Assembly: GCF_964355755.1 (NCBI RefSeq)
Contig: NC_092671.1
Location: forward strand, 4,092,001-4,156,000
Length of the DNA: 64,000 bases
From: Antedon mediterranea
Lineage: Eukaryota; Animalia; Echinodermata
Direction: 5' to 3'
The position numbers and the translations under genes were made by a program. Shown here piece by piece: positions 63,901 to 64,000 of the stretch (positions are counted from its first letter, which is position 1; every line of letters starts with the position of its first letter). The notes under the pieces are model-generated. The model saw only the letters and a list, made by a program, of their open reading frames with translations. It was not told where the DNA came from and made no database searches.

Positions 63901-64000
63901 ACTTTAATATTACAAATATATTCAATAATGGATTAAAAAGATAACTTTTATTGTACAACAGTAGAACATCTAAGTTAAATAAAGTTTGGTCCCAACAAGG

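Overview
AT-rich, intron-rich eukaryotic (metazoan, probably invertebrate deuterostome/echinoderm-like; taxon is inference) genomic window. Hand-spliced gene models: DNAJC22/Wurst-like (-, 3 exons), a J-domain-less RJL/DNAJC27-like small GTPase head-to-head with it (+, 5 exons), NSF (+, 23 coding exons, ~743 aa), two tandem SLC46/PCFT-like MFS transporter paralogs (-; one intact, one pseudogene), an orphan signal-peptide/GPI-like ORF broken by two single-A frameshifts between them, and a TRESK/KCNK18-like K2P channel (+). Non-coding content includes a ~3.5 kb all-palindrome satellite with higher-order structure, MITEs (Tc1/mariner-like, TTAA-type), Helentron-like elements, a MetaSINE-like and a 5S-derived SINE, and a CR1/L2-type LINE remnant. 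No prokaryotic system or CRISPR array is supported. All calls come from reading the sequence; no database searches were run.
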